Source: Convolutriloba macropyga
Taxonomy: Eukaryota
Reading direction: 5' to 3'
NCBI RefSeq assembly: GCF_964194025.1
Contig: NC_134470.1
Span: 21,266,001-21,330,000, forward strand
DNA length: 64,000 nt
The first letter of the stretch is position 1. Each line of letters begins with the position of its first letter. A program made the position numbers and the translations under genes. A model generated the notes under the pieces. That model worked only from the letters and a program-made list of their open reading frames with translations. It was not told where the DNA came from and made no database searches. Shown piece by piece: positions 60,253 through 64,000 of the stretch.

Positions 60253-61949
60253 AAAGATATTCAAAAAACATCTTTTGAATAGAATTTGCATTTTCAATTC
60301 ATTTGAAAGTTTATCATTTGTTGTTTATGATCTATGGGTGGCAATGAAAATTTTCTGGAGATTGTAATTGGATTAGTCAAAAATTTCTGCTCCTTATTCA
60401 AATTTATTTAATCTCAAGGAGCCAGTAATCATTTTTCAAATTCGTGCACGGCTATTGGCATTGACCAATACTTGTTTTCAGAAGTATGAGTGATTTTTTG
60501 TTCATATTTGCCCACATATATTGTTCTTTTTGTTGTTCTGTCATTGAATTTCTTTAATGACAAGTCCTTTCGGTTTTTAATGGAGACGGAAATGACAGTA
60601 ATTAATGGTTTCGGTTGCCGTTAGTCTTTTTTTAATAATACTTAGGGTATCTATTTTTGAGTTTGGACCGTATATGTTGTTTTTTTTAGATATTCTCTTC
60701 ATAAATTGATTTTGAGTTTTTCACTTTTGACCGTAATTTTTGTTTCTTTGCTGACCTGCTTCATGAGCTCAATAATGACAGGTCTTTCGTGTTTCGAATG
60801 AACTATCAGTGAATTTATTCAGAATAATAAAAGGGGTAATAGTTGACAGCTAATGATATATGTGACTTGGACATAATTTGTTTTTGTAAAACGTTAGTGA
60901 ATATAGGGCTTCTGACCTTATTTGTTGTTCTTTTGATATCCTTTTGCTTGGGCTTTATAGTGACAGGTCTTATTACCTTTCTAATGAGGAATAAGAGAAT
61001 TGATTTAAGTGTTTGTATAGATATCTACTAAGCTACTAAATTTTGTGGCTTTTTATCTAATTGGTTTCATTAAATTTCATTTTTGTTTTTGTTTAGTTTT
61101 GTTTTTGATTTTAGCCGTTTTTCTGTTTGATTTGTTCGGTTGGCTCTAAATGTGATTGTTGAAAAGTTTCTTGGCTTTCTCGTATGATAAAATGATTTGA
61201 TTTTACTTTTATGGTGCACTTCCATTAATTTCTCTCACTGACGATGTTTGCTTCATTACAATAAGGATTTTTGTTCCTTTTTGTTTTCTTTTTACTTGTA
61301 ACTCGTTCATATTAATGACGATCTGAAAGGATGATTCCCCATGATTAAACGTAACAGAGGCTGATTTTTGATTTCAGTTTAGAACTTTTAGTTTTAATGA
61401 GTGTGACCCTACTTGTTTTCACACAATATTAATGCGTTTTTGATTTTGGGTCTTTTCGTTTACTCTTTCAACAGTGAGAGGTCTCATTGGCGTTATGTTA
61501 CTCCTAATGGGTGACAGCTTAATGCGGTTCAGGTGTTTTGGTGTGCGTTTTAGTGGCTTTTAAGATACTGTTTCAAAAGCTATCTTACCACTTCTGTTTT
61601 GATTGGTTTTTGTCAAAACCGGTCTACCTTGTTCGTGAATTGTATTTTAGCTTGTTAGCGGATTTAATGACACTACCAATTTTCTGAAAGAAAAGAAATG
61701 AAAATTGTTTCTTCTTCAGATGTTTTTGTTCCCGATCTTGACTGTACGGTAATATGATTTCGAAGAACATGTTGGATTGTCGAGTATTTGTTATCCAATT
61801 TTTTGGATTTTAATTCGGAACCTGTCCTGATAAGTTTTTTTCCGCTGTCAGGGTTTTTGTTTCCACCGTACGAGAACACGCTCTCTTTAAATCTGGTTTT
61901 TAATTATTCATTTTATTCAGTTATTTTTGAGTGAACTGCGTAAGTGACG

Positions 61950-62280
61950 CCAATTTTTACTCTTAGGATAGCGAGTTTGTACATTCTTGTGAATAATTCT
62001 TTGGTCACACTTGACTCACCTCACTCTCAAAATTGATTTTTTCTCTAGCTATTTAATTTTTCTTTACTTTAGATAAGGTCAATTGTGTGTGTCTGTCTAA
62101 CGGAAGCTTACTTGAGAGCAGCTAATATAAGCAGCATTAACTTATATAGATTTTTAATCAGAATGTAACATCTGAGCAATTAATTAAAAAAAATTATCTT
62201 TTTCAGTCTGTTTCTATCTTTTTGAGGCTGCAGAAGTTATGTACAAAGCTATTGCGGCTATTTCCTACCAATCTACCATG
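61950..62280 (+). mobile_element. HINE-like family B 3' portion
   Basis: TTGGTCACAC..CACTCTCAAAA, GAGAGCAGC and ACAAAGCTATTGCGGCTATTT (GCGGCTATT at 62254-62262) match 21600-21886. Confidence 0.6.
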
Positions 62281-64000
62281 TTAATGTTTTTAAATCGGTG
62301 TAGAGCCTCTAAGACAAGAAATGTTCCGCATGAAAATTAAGTGCGTATGCCGAGCTCGTGGAAAAATTCAAAAACAGAGAAAAAGTAGAAAAGTTATTGT
62401 TCATACTTCATTCTAAGTGATTTGTTTTGCATTATCGGTTTTTCTGTTAGGCATGAGTGAAAGAGTGCTAGGGCGTCTCTAAGAACCTTTGTTGAGTTCA
62501 TTTCTTTCATAGATCCTGAAATTTTTTTGAGGCCCCAATTGAACAAATTGTTTTTAAATTTTTGAGAACGGTTGTTTTGTCTTTTATTAGTGCGTCGTTT
62601 ACTGATTCTTCAATCTTTCCATCAGCTGTCAATTGAAGAAAAAAGTTACAAATCATGTTTAGATTTTTTGTTTAGGAGCAATATTTGGGACTTTGCAAAT
62701 TTTCTTATCAGATTTCAATTTTTTAGTTCTCCTGTAAGTTTTCGAGTTTTCTTTGAACTAAACAGATGAATAAATACTTGAAGTAAGGGAGTAAAGTGTA
62801 AATGTCAGGTAACATTTTGTCCTTTAACGCTCACTTTTCGTTTGATATTTTTTGTTGCAAAGTTGGGAATCGCAGTTTTGATAATCTTTTTATGCTGTAT
62901 TTTAAATATATTTCATGTACGTGACGTTCATTTGTTTCACTCATTACGAATTGCATGATTAGTTTTTGATCACAAATGACAATGAATTCCTTCGCTCTGT
63001 AAATGTTTGGGCACTGATAATGAAGTCCTCTGAGGTTATCTCTGAATCCCTTCAGGGGCATTGAAGAACACATGTAGAGTGCATGTGGTTATAAGTTGGG
63101 CCTTGCAAGGGGGATGAATTAGGTATATGATTTTCTTGAATAGAATTAAATCAACAAATGCATTCGAGTTGAAACATTTTTTGTAGATTGCATCAGCATC
63201 AACTTAGCTCTTTTTATGGCTTAACAATATTTTACGACACTGTATTTTTCGCTGATCGATCGCCAATTTGCTGGCTATGTATTGAAATTTTAATAATAGC
63301 TGAGATAGCAAGATATTATTGGACTTCTTTGGTTTTTTTGCAACTCAGAGAATTTGAATTGTATTGCTGCATTATCTCTTTTAGGATGTCTTCACACATT
63401 TTTCTACTTTTTTCGTAATGAGAAGTTCGAGAGGAGTAGTGATTTTAGTCGAGGTGGCATAGAAAAAGACAAAAATATTTAGTTCCAACGTCTGAAATTG
63501 TTTCAAACAGCTTCTGAAGTAAAATGAGAAATTGTTGTTTGAACAGATTTTTGTTTTTTAAGAGCGAATTATTGTTCACGTGCGGTAATTTGTTTTCTGT
63601 TTTCAGCTGTTTTAAGGTCATAGTTGAGTAAAAAAAGTGATACTTGTATTCTATTAATGCACAGTTACAGTTGTTTAAGCCCCTCAAAAAGCATGTTATG
63701 GTTTTTCAGAGTCCATTTGTTTCCTTGAACTTTTAAAGATTTTTTCCCGTTCTTGTAGTTTTTTATTATTGTTGCATCAAGTACTATGGCTTTTGATAAG
63801 TCAGAATGGCTCCGTCATTAGTCAGGTTAAGATCTAATTAATCGTTTTACTTTAATTTCTAGCTGTGTTAGAGTTATTTTTGAAAGTTATTTTGTTCTGT
63901 TCTGAATAAAGTTGATTGATTTTTTTCAGGATTTTGCCTGTTTTTTTAGTTGTTTTTGTTTAACTTTCGCTTAGGCTTTTTAACGATTGGTCCCACATAT

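Noticed and set aside
56655-60270. GATAT(T)CAAAAA on both sides of the LINE as a TSD
   Set aside because: Imperfect, low-complexity match; the 5' boundary is left approximate.
62831-63120. Possible Gypsy integrase zinc-finger remnant on the minus strand (SVPKHLQSE...H)
   Set aside because: Too short and degenerate; no DDE core or LTRs seen.

Overview
AT-rich, repeat-dense eukaryotic (invertebrate metazoan-type) genomic DNA; the species cannot be identified from sequence alone. There is one assembly gap (10291-10419). Host genes, all on the + strand: a tight three-gene cluster (CCDC174 fused in frame to a C-terminal SGNH/GDSL hydrolase domain; the FG-nucleoporin Nup58; a three-exon RPS11 whose first intron appears to be GC-AG), an uninterrupted PPP4R4 ORF at 33.3-35.9 kb, and a probable first exon of a membrane protein at 55.6 kb. 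Most of the rest is decayed mobile DNA. At 2.6-10.2 kb there is a tandem array of degenerate Penelope-like retroelements whose RT carries a PHD finger between motifs B' and C, with one copy interrupted by a nested LINE. There is an endonuclease-less SGNH+PHD+RT LINE at 10.4-13.2 kb and a near full-length APE-RT LINE at 56.7-60.25 kb. Two families of non-coding elements have Helentron/DINE-1 (HINE)-type ends. Two copies of one family form a 13.3 kb inverted structure bounded by a 10-bp direct repeat. Best novelty candidates: the CCDC174-SGNH fusion, the PHD-in-RT Penelope family, and the inverted HINE pair with an apparent target-site duplication. Coordinates of degenerate repeats were read by eye and are approximate.
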